This document shows, one piece after another, positions 1-16,598 of a stretch of DNA of 59,965 nt. Positions within the stretch are counted from its first letter, which is position 1. Each line of letters opens with the position of its first letter. Position numbers and translations under genes: made by a program. Origin of the DNA: Ministeria vibrans ATCC 50519 (Eukaryota > Protista > Filasterea); assembly GCA_943704425.1 (NCBI GenBank), contig CALSCP010000031.1, forward strand, positions 101,869-161,833, in the 5' to 3' direction. The notes under the pieces were generated by a model that was not told the origin of the DNA, made no database searches, and saw nothing but the letters and a program-made list of their open reading frames with translations.

Positions 1-1052
1 GTTGCTGCGGTGGAGGTGGAGGGGGCGGGGGAGGTAGAGAGGGGGCCGGAGGAGGGGGTGGCATCGACGACTGTTGCTGTTGTTGTTGTTGTTGTTGCTG
101 CTGCTGCTGCTGTTGTTGGCGCATTGGGGGAAGGCCGGGTGGGGGCGGTGGTGGCGGAGGCATATGGCCACCACTGCCACCACCACCAGACTCACTTTCA
201 CGTCGGTCTTCCATACGCATTCGCTTCATCGGACGACTCCCCCAATCCCCATCACCGCCACTTCCTCCCCCACCCCCAGAACTACCTCCACCAAATGGTG
301 GTCCTCCACTTGACCCGTTACTCTGCGAAAAAGAAAGAGTCGGTCGAAACGGCAACGCAAAGCATCAAAGAGCCACTCTACTCTTACACGATGTTGCTGC
401 TGATGTTGCATTCCGCGCTGCTGCTGTTGCTGTACATGGGACGGCATCTGTTGGCCTGACTGTGACATTTGTTGTTGTGAAGGTGGCGGTGGCGGTGGCG
501 GTGGCGGTGGCCGCGGTGGCTGCCCATACGAGTCGTACTGCAACAACACAGAGGACAGGAGCAACGGTTACACAAACAATCATGAGTGCTCTGTGTCAGT
601 GGAGCTCTTTACCCCTCTTCCCGCTCCTCCTCCCCCTCCATGACGGTCGCTATAGTACAATCCGTTTCCGCCCGACATCATACTCCCGTGGCCGCTGGAG
701 CCACGCCTGCGGGGCAAGCGAGAGGCGTTGAGAAAAACACAAACGATTGTTCGACATTTCGACAGAAAACAGGCAAAAACGCTACCAGGATTGTCCCTGC
801 GGTGCCTGTGGAGGCACCATGTGGCCCTTTTGGCCCGGAGGTCCGTGCGTGGGCGGCTGTCCTTGGTGATTGAAGGCTGTGATAGAGAAAGAGAAAGAGA
901 GAGAGAGAGCGCATCAGTTGAGCAATGTTTCAAAAATATGTGTGTAGGTGTGTGCGTGTGTGTGAGAGAGAGAGAGAGTCTCTGTGTGTATGCATATGTG
1001 TGTGTGCGTGTGTGATCGTACGAGACCCGCCTCTTTGGTCTCTAAATGACAT
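1..1052 (-). CDS. 5' part of a multi-exon gene encoding a Gly/Pro/Gln-rich low-complexity N-terminus; continues beyond the left edge
   Basis: ATG at 1052 (MSFRDQRGGS). Phase-consistent GT-AG exons give ...FNHQGQPPTHGPPGQKG.../WRGSSGHGSMMSGG...GGAGRG/YDSYGQPPRPPPP...QQQ/SNGSSGGPPFGG...; no folded domain lies within the window. Confidence 0.6.
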
Positions 1053-1133
1053 GAACAATATAAAAATGAAATGATTATTAATAATTCTTCTGACTTCTCA
1101 AATAATAATAATTAATAATATTTTCTGTATACA

Positions 1134-2835
<1,702 letters not shown>

Positions 2836-3050
2836 AGCACATTACCCAAAGTAAAAGTGAGAGCCTGTAACATATGCAAAGAAGGAAACTTTCTTATACA
2901 CACACACAACATCATATACAAGATATGAGTCTGTTTGTATTCACAACGAGAACACACACTGAATCGCTCGCTCTCTCTATCACTTTGCTTCTCCCTTAAA
3001 CACACACACACACACAGACAGAGAGAGACACACAGACAGACAGACGAACA

Positions 3051-3083
<33 letters not shown>

Positions 3084-3126
3084 GCTCCCCATCACTTTGT
3101 TCTTTCTCCCTCCTCTCTCCCTTCGC

Positions 3127-3641
3127 TCACATCATCTTCAGAGTAAAGCGCGCTCGCGAGAGATCCTCGTCGTCGTCGTCGAGCAGTCGAATCTCGTCGC
3201 CGTGTTTGAAAGGCGTCTTCTTATCCGACTCCAGCAAATCATTGTTGAGACGCGTGCCGTTCGACGACGTGTCCGTAATCGTCACAGAGTCTCCGCTACG
3301 CTCAATCACACAATGGCGTCCCGACACCGCCTGAATGGGCAATGAGAGATCACAATCTAAACACAATGAAACAAACAATACATCATTACAAACATCCTTT
3401 GTAACGTGCTGTTAGCAGCTCCCACGCCCACCCACACATACACATACACACACATACACACATACACACACTACGTAAGCACGCGCCTCGACCGGCAGCG
3501 CTGGAGCAGGACGAGGCGAGAAAGGAAGAGATGAGGTCAGTTTCAAACGAAACATTTACACACAGCGACATCGTCCGAGAGGTTTCTTTTGCCATCCACC
3601 CCCACAATATACATCACTGACGCACTGCAGTGCAACGCCAT
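3127..3641 (-). CDS. Small FHA-domain protein (5' exon structure uncertain)
   Basis: The last exon AVSGRHCVIERSGDSVTITDTSSNGTRLN...FKHGDEIRL carries the FHA S-x-x-H, NGT and GD-x-I motifs. An upstream exon supplies the GR motif (AGRGA). Probable ATG at 3641. Confidence 0.75.
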
Positions 3642-3920
3642 TCCGCCCACCTGCCTCTACAAGGTACAGTTCATGTTTTTACAAAGACATTACCTTCTCG
3701 TCGGCCAATCACAAAAGTGTCTTGTGACAACTGTACATGAGGCATGTTCGGCCGTGCCAAGTGAGCCCAGGGTGAAGCCATGTTGACAAACGTACAAACA
3801 ATACAATATAGAATTGAGATTTGAGATTTCTGATTTTGAGATTTCTGATTATTTTCTGATTTGAGTTCTATTCAGTTTTGTTCACTAATCACTAATCACT
3901 TATTTTTCTTCTTTTTTGCG

Positions 3921-5182
3921 ATGGACGCCGATAAAATCAAAGCTGCGAACAAGCGCCTCATGCAGGCAAACCAAGGGGCAGCGCATTGTGTTGGACTGGC
4001 CATTGGGTCAGCCCTGGGCTTCTTTCGTCGGATCCTTGCCAGTGGCGATTTCGTCAACAAAGTTCGGCCATCCCCTCTCGTCTCGCTCTACTGACTCCCT
4101 GTTCACAGACGTCGCAAGAGCTTGCCGATGTGTGCTCCGTCAACGAACGGTACATGCGCGAATGGCTCAACCTGATGGTCGCCAGTGCGTTTGCGACGTT
4201 TGATCATGCGACGGCACATTACTCCTTCGCGAAGGAGACGCTCCACGTCTTCAGCGGAACCGATTCAAGTGCGATTATGTTTTGCGAGGCTCTCTGTCGA
4301 CTCCAAGTGAACTTTGAGCACATTTTGTCGGCATTCAAGGTGAGCTAACGCACAATTCAACCGATCGAGCCGACCTTGACGCACCGCCATAACCATCACC
4401 TTGCAGACTGGCGATGGTGTCAGCTACGAACACTACGACGGCTTCTCCTCACTGATGAACCGCATTTCGGAGCCACGCACACGCAATGAACTTGTGCAGA
4501 CGTTTGTGCCTTCCATCCCAGGTCTTGTCGACAAGGTAAGGAGGTAGCTTGTGCAATGCACCACAGATGCCTCATAAAATCATCTCTCATCGGTGCGATG
4601 CAGCTTGAAAAGGGAATCCACGTGGCGGACGTTGGCTGCGGCCAAGCACTTACTCTGGAGCTACTGGGCGCACGGTTTCCCAAGTCGACCTTTGTGGGAC
4701 TGGACCTGAGCGAAGAGGCCCTGGCGACAGGACGAGCGTCTCTGGCGAGCGCAGGGGTTACCAACGTGACTCTGACGGCACTTGACTGCACTCGTTTGGA
4801 GCAAGAGACGCACTTGATGGGCGTCTTTGACTGGGTGTTCACCATGGACGCCATCCACGACCAAGGGTCCCCGGCCACGGTGCTCAAGGGCATCCACGCC
4901 ATGCTCAAGGACGACGGGCAGTACTCCATGGTCGAGCCCGCTGCATCATCCAACCCTGCCGAAAACGCCCAGTCGCCCTTTGGCGCCTCCCTGTACACCA
5001 TCTCGCTTCTGCACTGCATGCCCGTCTCCCTCGCACAGCCGCAAGGCGTCGGCCTCGGCGCCGCCTGGGGCCACCAGCAAGCTTGCGACTACCTCGCCCG
5101 CGCGGGTTTCGAGGTCCATGTATCGCCTGTCGCGGGCGATTATGTCAACACCCACTTCCTTTGCACGAAGACGATTGTTTGA
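3921..5182 (+). CDS. Class I SAM-dependent methyltransferase, Rv2258c-like (winged-helix N-terminus plus MTase domain), 3 introns
   Basis: TSQELAD...NERYMREWL (wHTH), TGDGVSYEHY, VADVGCGQ (motif I), DAIHDQ and YTISLLHCMPVSLAQ...GLGAAWG are typical of the Rv2258c family. Confidence 0.85.
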
Positions 5183-5388
5183 TACAACCCTTTTCATGTT
5201 CTGATTGTTCAAAACACTGTTCCTCCGTGAGCTTTGAGTATTGTATCGACTTTTATTTTTCCTAGAGAGTGCCTTGACTTCAATTATGCTTTTAGAATAC
5301 GATAAATTTATTCGTCCTTTTCTTCTCTCTCTCTCTCTCACTTTGTTTCTCTCTCTCCCTCTACCACTGTTTCTTTCTCCCTCCCTCC

Positions 5389-7747
<2,359 letters not shown>

Positions 7748-7754
7748 GATACAG

Positions 7755-7787
<33 letters not shown>

Positions 7788-7975
7788 NNNNNNNNNNAAA
7801 AAAAAAAAAGTGATCACTCACAAGAGCTGAAAACGTTACTTGAGCTCAGTCACAATAGCTCACCCTAAGTCTTTTTTTTTTTTTTTTTTTCTCAATTCTC
7901 TCCTTTGCCTACCTTCAACCCTTGGCAAAGTGCACGGCGTGATCAGGGCCCGGGGCAGGCGGCATCAGCGATCCT

Positions 7976-10501
7976 ATGGCGCACATCACTTCCCTGTCGC
8001 CGCACAAGATCTCCCTGCTCATTCTTGTGCTCAACCACATCACCAACCGTGATGACAGACCCGCCCCTGTGCGCCAGGCCCTCGCCAGCTTTCTCGTCGA
8101 CCAGATCAACGTAAATTTTCAAAGAAAAAAGAAAAATGTGCCCACCCTGTCGCTCTGCGTGCTTGTAGAGCGTCGAGTCGCACGCCGAGCCGTCCCTCAG
8201 TTGCTTTGTTCGCCAAATGTGTCTCCCTGCGCTCGGCGCGGACCTCGCACGCAGTCTGGTGGCGCAACTGGGCGCCATTGAGACCATCGACAACCTGTGC
8301 GACTTCTTCGTCGACGTCTCTGAGACAGTCCCGGAAGCGCCGCAGCTTGGCGCCCAGAACATCGCCCTGGCTGAGTCTCTCTTTGGCCTGTACAACCGAC
8401 GCGTGCTTCTCGCATACGACACAATGGATTTTCTTGAGGTGCAGACAGAAAGACGGACGATAACACACACAACTCACTTTCTTTTTTGTTGTTTCTTTCT
8501 CTGTTAGATTGCTACTCTGTTTGAACAACTCCAACAGTACGTGAGTTTACAAGCGCCAGTCACAGTAGACGACGAGGCAACGGCAGCGAACGTAGTAGGA
8601 CTTCGCCGACCTCTCCTCGATGCGGTCGAGGTCACGTACGAGGAGGTGCTCGCGCGCGAGTCATCTCAAATGGACACCACCACCACCACCACCCCCGGCA
8701 CTGGTGCTGACGATACCGCCTTGTCGCGTGCACTAAGCCACGCTGAATGTCATCAGTTCCTCCAAGACCAGGCGGCGCTTCTTGACTCGCCTTATGCCGA
8801 GCATGCCTTGGGACCCGTCGCCCTTCAGCGTCTCATTGACCGCATGCTCAATGCTCATCCCGACCTGTATATTGCCCATTTAGTCAGTTTTCTCAATTGC
8901 GTTCGCTCGCGCGAGTTCCTTGGCGCCCTCAACGCCCTCCATCGCTATGCGGACCTGTGCAAACGTGCCGACAAGCACAAGTCGTCCTTTCCTTTCGTCT
9001 CGCTCTGTCTCGCATCCCTCCACTACCGCCTAGGCAACACAGACGAGTCGGAGAGGGTCGTCAGCGAATGCGTGCGCTTTGCACAGGAGCGCAAAGACTC
9101 CCATTCGGTACTCAATGCGCTCAGCTGGCTCGTGCGTTTGTCGGAGCCCACCAAAGCGCGTTCGCTAGTCGTCACCTTCCTCCATCGCGCCCGTGAGCTT
9201 CATGTGCCTCACCAGGTTGCCATGGCTCAGCTTATGGCTGCCGAGCAAGCCATGCGCGCCGGTATTTCCCCGGCCTCCGTCCGCCAGCTTGCTTCCGTCT
9301 CCTCTTCCAATCCCGAGACTGATGCCCTCGCCCATGGTCTACAAGCGGCCCTCTGGGACTCGTATGGCAGCACTGCCCTCGCCAGTCTCTTTCGCCAACT
9401 CTCCCTCGACTGTGGCTCGCTTGCTCAACAGCAACAACAACAGCAGCAGCAGCAACAACAACAACAGAGCAGCCAGGACATGTCCTCGTCGGATCACAAG
9501 AGCCCCGCCAACATCTCAGCAGCATGCGCTCATATTGAGACTCTCTTCGGTCGTGGCATGCGTGACCAAGCCCTTGCACAACTCCTCGACTGTGAGCAGT
9601 CAATTGCCCGCCACCATCGCTTCCTGCGCCCCGACGACGCCGACGAACTGCGCGCCTGTCGTCTACGTCTCATGGCCGCCCAGCTAGTACATGCTGGCCA
9701 ATGGTGCTCGGCCGAGGCGACCCTCACCGACCTCAATGGCGTGCTTGTGTCGCTCGATCGACTGGGCTCAGGTGACGTGCCCTGCCTCACCCTTGCAGGC
9801 ACTGCCGCACCCACGCATCCGCGCGTTCTCCGTTGGCGCATCTTTATGGCATCCTCTCGCCAACTCCACACACAGGCACTCTCCCTCGCATCCGCCTTTG
9901 TCGAGGCCGCCTCAGCATCTACACACGCCCCACTGCTTGCCGAAGCACTCGTGGCCCATGGACGCGCTCTCACCGCCGCCCACATGCTGCACGACGCCCA
10001 GCTGTGTCTCCTGCGCGCCTGTGCCCTTTCCACCGTCATTCACTGCGTCCCCGTCCATCTCGAAGCCACCGTCGCCCTCGCACACACCCTCAACCGCATC
10101 CACGCCACCACCAATGACACCAGTGACACCCCATCCTCGCAAGCGTCGCTCCTCCTCGACCAGACAGAGCCTGTGGCCCGTGCCGCCCACAACGCAGCTC
10201 TGCTTGGCGAGCTCCTCCTCCTCCGCTCTGCCTCTCCTTCCAACGACGACGCCGGCGACAACCGTCTCCTCCTCGACGAGGCCCAGTCCCTCTTGCTCTC
10301 CGCCGGTCATTTGCATCTCTTGCGTCGCTGCTACAAATCACAGGTACCACACACATTTGTCGTTATTCATTTGATTTATTATTGTTTTTTTTTTCTCAGG
10401 CACTTTTGGCACATTCGGAGGGTCGTTTTGCCGAACGAGACGAGTTCTCGCGTCGCTTCAAAGAAACCTCGGTGCAACTCAAAAGCAACGCAAATATGTA
10501 A
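7976..10501 (+). CDS. ANAPC5: Anaphase-promoting complex subunit 5
   Basis: N-terminal LSPHKISLLIL; AHLVSFLNCVRSREFLGALNALHRYAD; LCLASLHYRLG...ECVRFAQERKDSHSVLNALSWL match the APC5 core. The last exon ends in TAA at 10499-10501. Confidence 0.88.
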
Positions 10502-10849
10502 ACAATATTCATCTCATTAATATAGCAGTATCAATTTAATTTCGGGTGGGTGGGAACAACTTTGATGTTTTCTTTTTTTTCATTTGACGATCTAAATTAA
10601 TTCTACGACAGAAACAGAAACGAACTGGTCAACTTTTTTATTGGACTCGAGTGGAAGCCATTTTTGTTAGTAGGCGAGTGCCAAATCGTCCAATTAGACC
10701 ATAACCTTTTTTAAGCAAGAGGGAGTGGTGGGGGGCGTCGAGGGCATAGCGAACTGTGTAGAGGGTGACCTTAATGATAATGATAATGAGTGCAGATTGA
10801 AAGTGACAGAGACAGACGAATAATTAATCGCACTAATAATAATAGTAAT

Positions 10850-12928
10850 CTCTCTGGTACCGGAAATACGTAATTAAGAATGCAAAAATGTAAAATTTTC
10901 TAAAAGTACGAATATCTTTCTTTTGAGTATAATTTGTAGGCGTTGGCGGGATCGGATTCCTCGGCGTGAATTGCCCCTATAACCTATTTCAGTCCTTTTC
11001 TTCTCCAGTTCCTATGAGGGATAGGTCAAGACGGCAGGCTGGAGTGCGTGGGTTCCTCCTCCGAATGCAAGAGGAGGAGGAAGAGGCAGCAGTGGCAGAT
11101 ATTGTTGAAAAGGACCGCGTTGACAAAGGCATTCTGCCCAGCGACGATGAGGAGGAGGATGAGGAGGATGAGGGGGACTCCCTTGAGGCGGAAGAGGAGG
11201 AAGAAGAGGAAGAACCGGCGACTGAGACGGAAACAACGACGGTGATGGGTTCTTCGGCAAAAAAAACGCAAGCTGCCAAAAACGGCTTCTGGTTGGACGG
11301 CTGTTGACGCTATGCCTGACGAAATGCCTTCATTAGCTGGACTGAAGACTATTTCAGTCCATGGGAGCGAGAGGATAGAATTTGGTCCGGTGTACGACCG
11401 GGTGGAGGGCATTTCGGCACTTTCTTGTTTCAAAAAGTTCTTCAGCGAGGCTGTTGTCGACAATATCGTCCAGGAGTCGATCAAACACGCTCGCTTGCAG
11501 GGCTACAAGCTTCAACTCGATATCCCCACCTTCTACAAGTGGCTGGCGGTCGTGTTCATCCGCGCCATTCGCCGTCCGAGGCGCACAGGCAAGCTGTGGT
11601 CAGCTGATCCATTTCAATCTTTTCCTGGAATGGGTAGGATTATGTCGTGCGACCGCTTTATGGACATCCTTCGCTTCCTCCACATCAACGACACATCCAA
11701 GGGCATGGAGGGCGCTGTCGAGGCCGACAACCTGTACCGAGTGCGGCCACTTTTGCAGAGCGTTCTCACGACGTGCAAAAGCTCATATCGCCCTTCTCAA
11801 CAGGTCAGCATCGACGAGATGACAGTGCCCTTCAATGGCCGTTGCAAGCACCTCCAGCTGTTCAAGAGCAAGCCGCATGGTGCCGGTGGTGCTCTCCGCG
11901 TCGACGCGCTGTGCTCAGCGGACACAGGCTACTGTTATGCCTTTGTGTTTGAGGCAGACAACCAAAGGGCGCAGAAGACGGCGGAGATCAGCGGCCTGCG
12001 AATGCGGCCGATGCGGCCTGCGAATGCGGACGCTCTGGCTCGCGGAGCAATTGCCCCAGACGCACCACTACATCTACATGGACAACCTATACGTGACTGA
12101 GTGGCTGTTGGAGCGTCTCCGCGAACGCAAACACTTTGCACTGGGCACATGCCGAAGCCCTCCGGCCATTGTCACTCAGAAGCGTGTCGGCAAGGACAAG
12201 CTGGAAGATGTGCGTGGTACTATGAAAATTGCTCTCAACGCCACCAAGACAGTCGCCGCATTCAGCTACTATGATACGAGCCCTGTTCACATGATGACAA
12301 CCTACCGCGCGTCGTTTGCGACCTCGGTTGCACCACGCACAAAGCGAGAGCGCCCACAAGCACTCACCGACTACAACAACTTTATGAACGGCGTCGACCG
12401 CAACGACCAGTATCGCTGGCAGCATCCGTGCTACATGAAGTCCGTGAAGTGGTGGAAGTCAGTCTTTTTCTTCCTCGTCGACCTCAGTCTCATCAACGCA
12501 TTCATTCTGTACAAAAACCGACCGACTGCCGACCCTGACAGCCGATACACACTTGCCGACTTCCGCGTCGATCTCATTGCTCAGCTCGCGCCAGACGACC
12601 CAAAACCGACTCTACGGCCCGGTCCCCACAAGCACAATGCACACTATGACAATAAGCGGCAAGAGAGACACTGGTTTGCCCCTAACCCCGACTTGGACAC
12701 ACGAGGAAATCCCAAGTTGCGATGGTGTGCTCGCGAAGGTTGTGGCTCACGGTCGTCTTTCGTCTGCCAACAATGTGATCGGGCCTTCTGTTTTTGTGCC
12801 GCGCGTCAGTGCTTCAATATGGAACACTGTTCTTCTGCCCAAATGGTCAATTTCGAGTGAAAAATTTGTTTTTTGGAATATGCTTTTTTTTTTCATGAAT
12901 TAGAAAATTCTGTACCGGAACCAGAGAG
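10850..12928 (+). mobile_element. piggyBac-superfamily DNA transposon (~2.08 kb)
   Basis: 14-bp terminal inverted repeats with 1 mismatch (CTCTCTGGTACCGG 10850-10863 / CCGGAACCAGAGAG 12915-12928). Internal inverted repeat AATTTTCTAA 10894-10903 / TTAGAAAATT 12900-12909. The element encloses a piggyBac transposase. Confidence 0.85.
11014..12860 (+). pseudogene. piggyBac transposase disrupted by two frameshifts
   Basis: Acidic N-terminus, MSCDRF..ILRFLH, VSIDE, YMDNLY, YNNFMNGVDRNDQ, KWWKSVFF and a C-terminal Cys-rich domain are split across three reading frames (10966-11307, 11312-12100, 11835-12860). Confidence 0.88.
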
Positions 12929-14354
12929 CTAATAGGAAAATAAATAGAGAATCGCATTAATAATAATCTTTTTTTTTACTTTACGATCTGACAGCCTCCG
13001 GTAAAAATTCGGCGGATTTTTGAGGCACAATGAATTTTTTGTAAGCATAATAATTTGTTTCCTAGGGGGCCATAGCCAGTTGTTGGATTGTTGGAGACTT
13101 GGAGTACCTTAAATGTTGCAACTCACTTACTCAGTGCAGGTACTGGGGTACGACTGAGGTTTCACTGAGGTACATTTACTGTACGATGAAGCTTTTCCCT
13201 CTCGCTCGGAACTTCCAAAAAAAACACTCCCTTCTGACTCTCGTAAAGTACACTAGAATGACTAGATGACTAAAACTAGATTGCTGTACGGACCGAGGAC
13301 CGACTTCAAACTGACGCTTTGGAAGAATTTATTTTAGAGTGATGATAAATTATTTCTGATATTTTTTAGAATCAAGTTTTTTATCGATTATGATGTATAA
13401 GGTACTGCTACTTAGGGAACCCATTCGGCATTCACTCAATAGAGTGAATTGACCTTCCACACCTCAGCTTATCTCATGGAACAATCGTCACTCTCAAATT
13501 GAATCGCCAAAACCAAATTTCTCGTCCATTTGACTGCGTCCCTTTCATCATCAGTGATACATCCAGAGTCATCATCCTTGTGGTGTGACAATGGAACACA
13601 GGGACTCCCTTGAATTCCCCTTGAATCTCTTTTTCACATGTTCTTTCTTCCTCTGCTTCTCCTCTGCGACTCACTCATCATTGTCACTAACGCATCTGCC
13701 GCCGGCGATAGTTCACCTGCATTGCATTTTTCATCCTCTACGTGGCCATAGTCGTCCGTGAAATGGCCCATTTCGTCCGTTCTGTTCTTTTTTTTCTCCA
13801 AAAAAATTATACAATCAAAAAAAAAGATACCGAATAGCTTTCGGACTGTCGCACAGTGTCTACATGTGCCTCCCCACGTCCTTCGTACACTCTTCTTCAC
13901 TCATCTTTCTGGGAGGTAGTGTACGATTTTCGTTTGGTTTCTCTTTTTTCTTTTTTTTTTTCTTCTGTTTCCTTTTCTATGACCTTCCCATGACCTTTCT
14001 ATACTTCCCTTTTGTGTGGTGACTGTATCATTCATAAATGGGTTGTATTCTTCGTCTTCTACTTTCTTTTGTGCTTTGCCACCGGTTGGTATCAGCACTC
14101 AGTTATTGTCTGAGTAATAATAATACGTACAAAGAACTTCTTTACCTAAATTACCAATGTGAGTGGAAATTTAACGGAATTGTAACCCACGGGACGATTT
14201 TACTAAAAATATATCATAAGATATTACACTTGTGCTTTTTGTTGTATATCCTGGTAACTGACTAACTGCATCATGAATAATTAGGATGTATTTTTCTGTA
14301 ATAATAATATTAATCGGTATGTTTTAATCACTAAGTTGTCTTCACTTGGTGTAG

Positions 14355-14732
14355 GTGGCTGTGCTCATTTTTGCTGCTCTTCTTTGTGCCACTCGGGTGC
14401 AAGCTCAGTCGCCTAACTTTTGCCAAGTTAGCCTTGTTTGTAAGCTTCCCTTCAAAAGACGTTCATAATAATTAAATTATGATAAAATTAGAAGAAGAAG
14501 ACAATATTATTGTCCAATTTATAATAATCATTATTACTCTTAATAAATGGGCTGTATTCTTCTTCTAACAATTATTATTATAAATTATTATTACCAATAC
14601 CCAGGCGATAGCGTCGACACTGTTGTCGCCGACTACTCCGACAGTGGTGACACTCAGGGGCGCTCTTGGACGACATCGGTGAAGTCTGTGACCAGCAGCA
14701 TCTTCCTTGTCGAACTCTTTGTACGCAGATAA

Positions 14733-14763
<31 letters not shown>

Positions 14764-15206
14764 TATTATTCTTAATTTATTTATTAAATTTTCTCTTTAT
14801 TCTCCTAATTTTATTATACTTATTTCGTAGACCGCAAATGTTAACTCTTTGGCGAATGACGATAATTACATTACATTTGTGTAAGGGCTTTAATAATACT
14901 CATACTAATAATAATAATAATTATTATTATTATAATTTCTTATTAAACTTTTGTTTGTTTTGTATCAACTGCAATGACAGTGCAACGAAATCCACGAGCT
15001 CGATCCGCATCAGCACCTTTTACAACAGCTTCAACGATGCGGCAAGCCATGGTTGCTCCGTTTTCGCTGGCGATTCCTCCACCTTCGCGGGGACGTCTCG
15101 CACTGATTATGCTAGCCAAATGCAGCACAACCTTGGAGACTCCATCCCCGTTGGAACCGGCAAATGTCTCGTTTGGCGCGTGAAGCAGACGAATCTGGCT
15201 AATTAA
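14355..15206 (+). CDS. Small putatively secreted orphan protein (at least 4 exons; start codon not identified)
   Basis: GC-rich exon islands in AT-rich DNA splice in consistent phase: VAVLIFAALLCATRVQAQSPNFCQVSLV/CDSVDTVV...VELF/TANVNSL...TFV/ATKSTSSIRI...KCLVWRVKQTNLAN*. The N-terminal part is signal-peptide-like. Confidence 0.55.
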
Positions 15207-15525
15207 TTGATATGCAAGCCATTTATTAATGACGTCAGACAAAGAACAAAAATAATAATAATAATAAAAAGAAAAAAAAAGACCTAAAAACGGTCACAAA
15301 AAACAAACCTAAACGAAAGTGTATCTTCTTTGCACTTTCCTGTCGTTGTTGCAAATCGTGCCGCCGGAGTGGATAACAACGTTATTTATTTTGCATGTTT
15401 CTTCTTTTTTGTCGTTCCCCTTTTCCTTCACAAAATATAATGATCTTCTTTTTTTTTCTTCGCAAAATTGTGTGAAATGACAAAATAAAGGTGTACAAAA
15501 ATAACAGAATAAATTATTATTGTTA

Positions 15526-16555
15526 TTAACGCAGCAGCTGCGTGCTCTTGAGCAAGAGAAGACGTTTCGTTGCGGCCGAGAGTCCTTCGTTCGCGGTTTC
15601 GCGGAGCACTGCAGCAGCACCCTGAAGGGAAGGGGTGAGGAGCGAAGCTGAGGAAGGACGCCACAGGTCGACGGAGTTGTCGATGGCCATCGACACGGGA
15701 AGCACAATCTGGTTGTCGTCCTCGGCGGTGATTTGAAGAAGACAGCGGATGCGTGGCGGGTCGGCAGTGACCACCTCGATGGCGGTGTGACCTTCTTGGG
15801 GCAGGTAGCGCGTGGCCATCTGGTCGGCGGGCGACGGGACGACAGAGGGCGCGACAAATAGAAGAGCGACACGAGGGGTGTGGGCGCGCAAGCAGCCAAC
15901 GAGAGAGGCAAGAAGCACAGGGGGTGCCGTGAGGAGGCGTAGAAAGGCACGCAGTGAGGCACAGGCAGTGGATTCGGAGGCAGACGCAGCGAGAATGTTG
16001 TGCTCAAAGAGTCGTGCGAGCAGTGCGCCATCGTCAGCGTGCATGGCCGCCGTGCCTTCAAAGTGCTCGAGAAACGGGGCAATGTCGGGTCCACCACGCA
16101 GCGTTGCCTGCACACCCGACATGGGTTCGGTAATAGTGAGCGCATTGGCTTGTCGCACGCACCGCAGTGCGTCCTTGGGTAGTTCCCTGACGAGCGAGAG
16201 CACATTGGACGTGAGCCAGTCCCATCGCACACAGTGGCGCACACTCACCAGAGCGTCGTACAGCTGTGCGGACGGCACAAACTTACGCGGTCGCTGAGGC
16301 GACGCCGCATCGGCTGCCGACGACGAATCACCGCTTTTGAGGTATGCCACCAGTGCCGGCACCGTGGACGCCAACTTCTCGGGCGTGGCCAGACCGGTGG
16401 GATCGTCGTCCAAGGAGAGACAGCAGCTAAAGGGTCGTTGGGTGGGCACCACAAACACATTGAGGGCACGCGAAAAGTCCATAAGCTTCAGTGACCAAGA
16501 GCGTACACTGCGCACCATCACTGAGGATAAACCACCACCACCACCACCACCACTG

Positions 16556-16598
<43 letters not shown>

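Noticed and set aside
10700-13115. TTAA sites at ~10711, ~10771 and ~13109 as piggyBac boundaries
   Set aside because: No inverted repeats adjoin them; the only matching inverted repeats are at 10850 and 12928.
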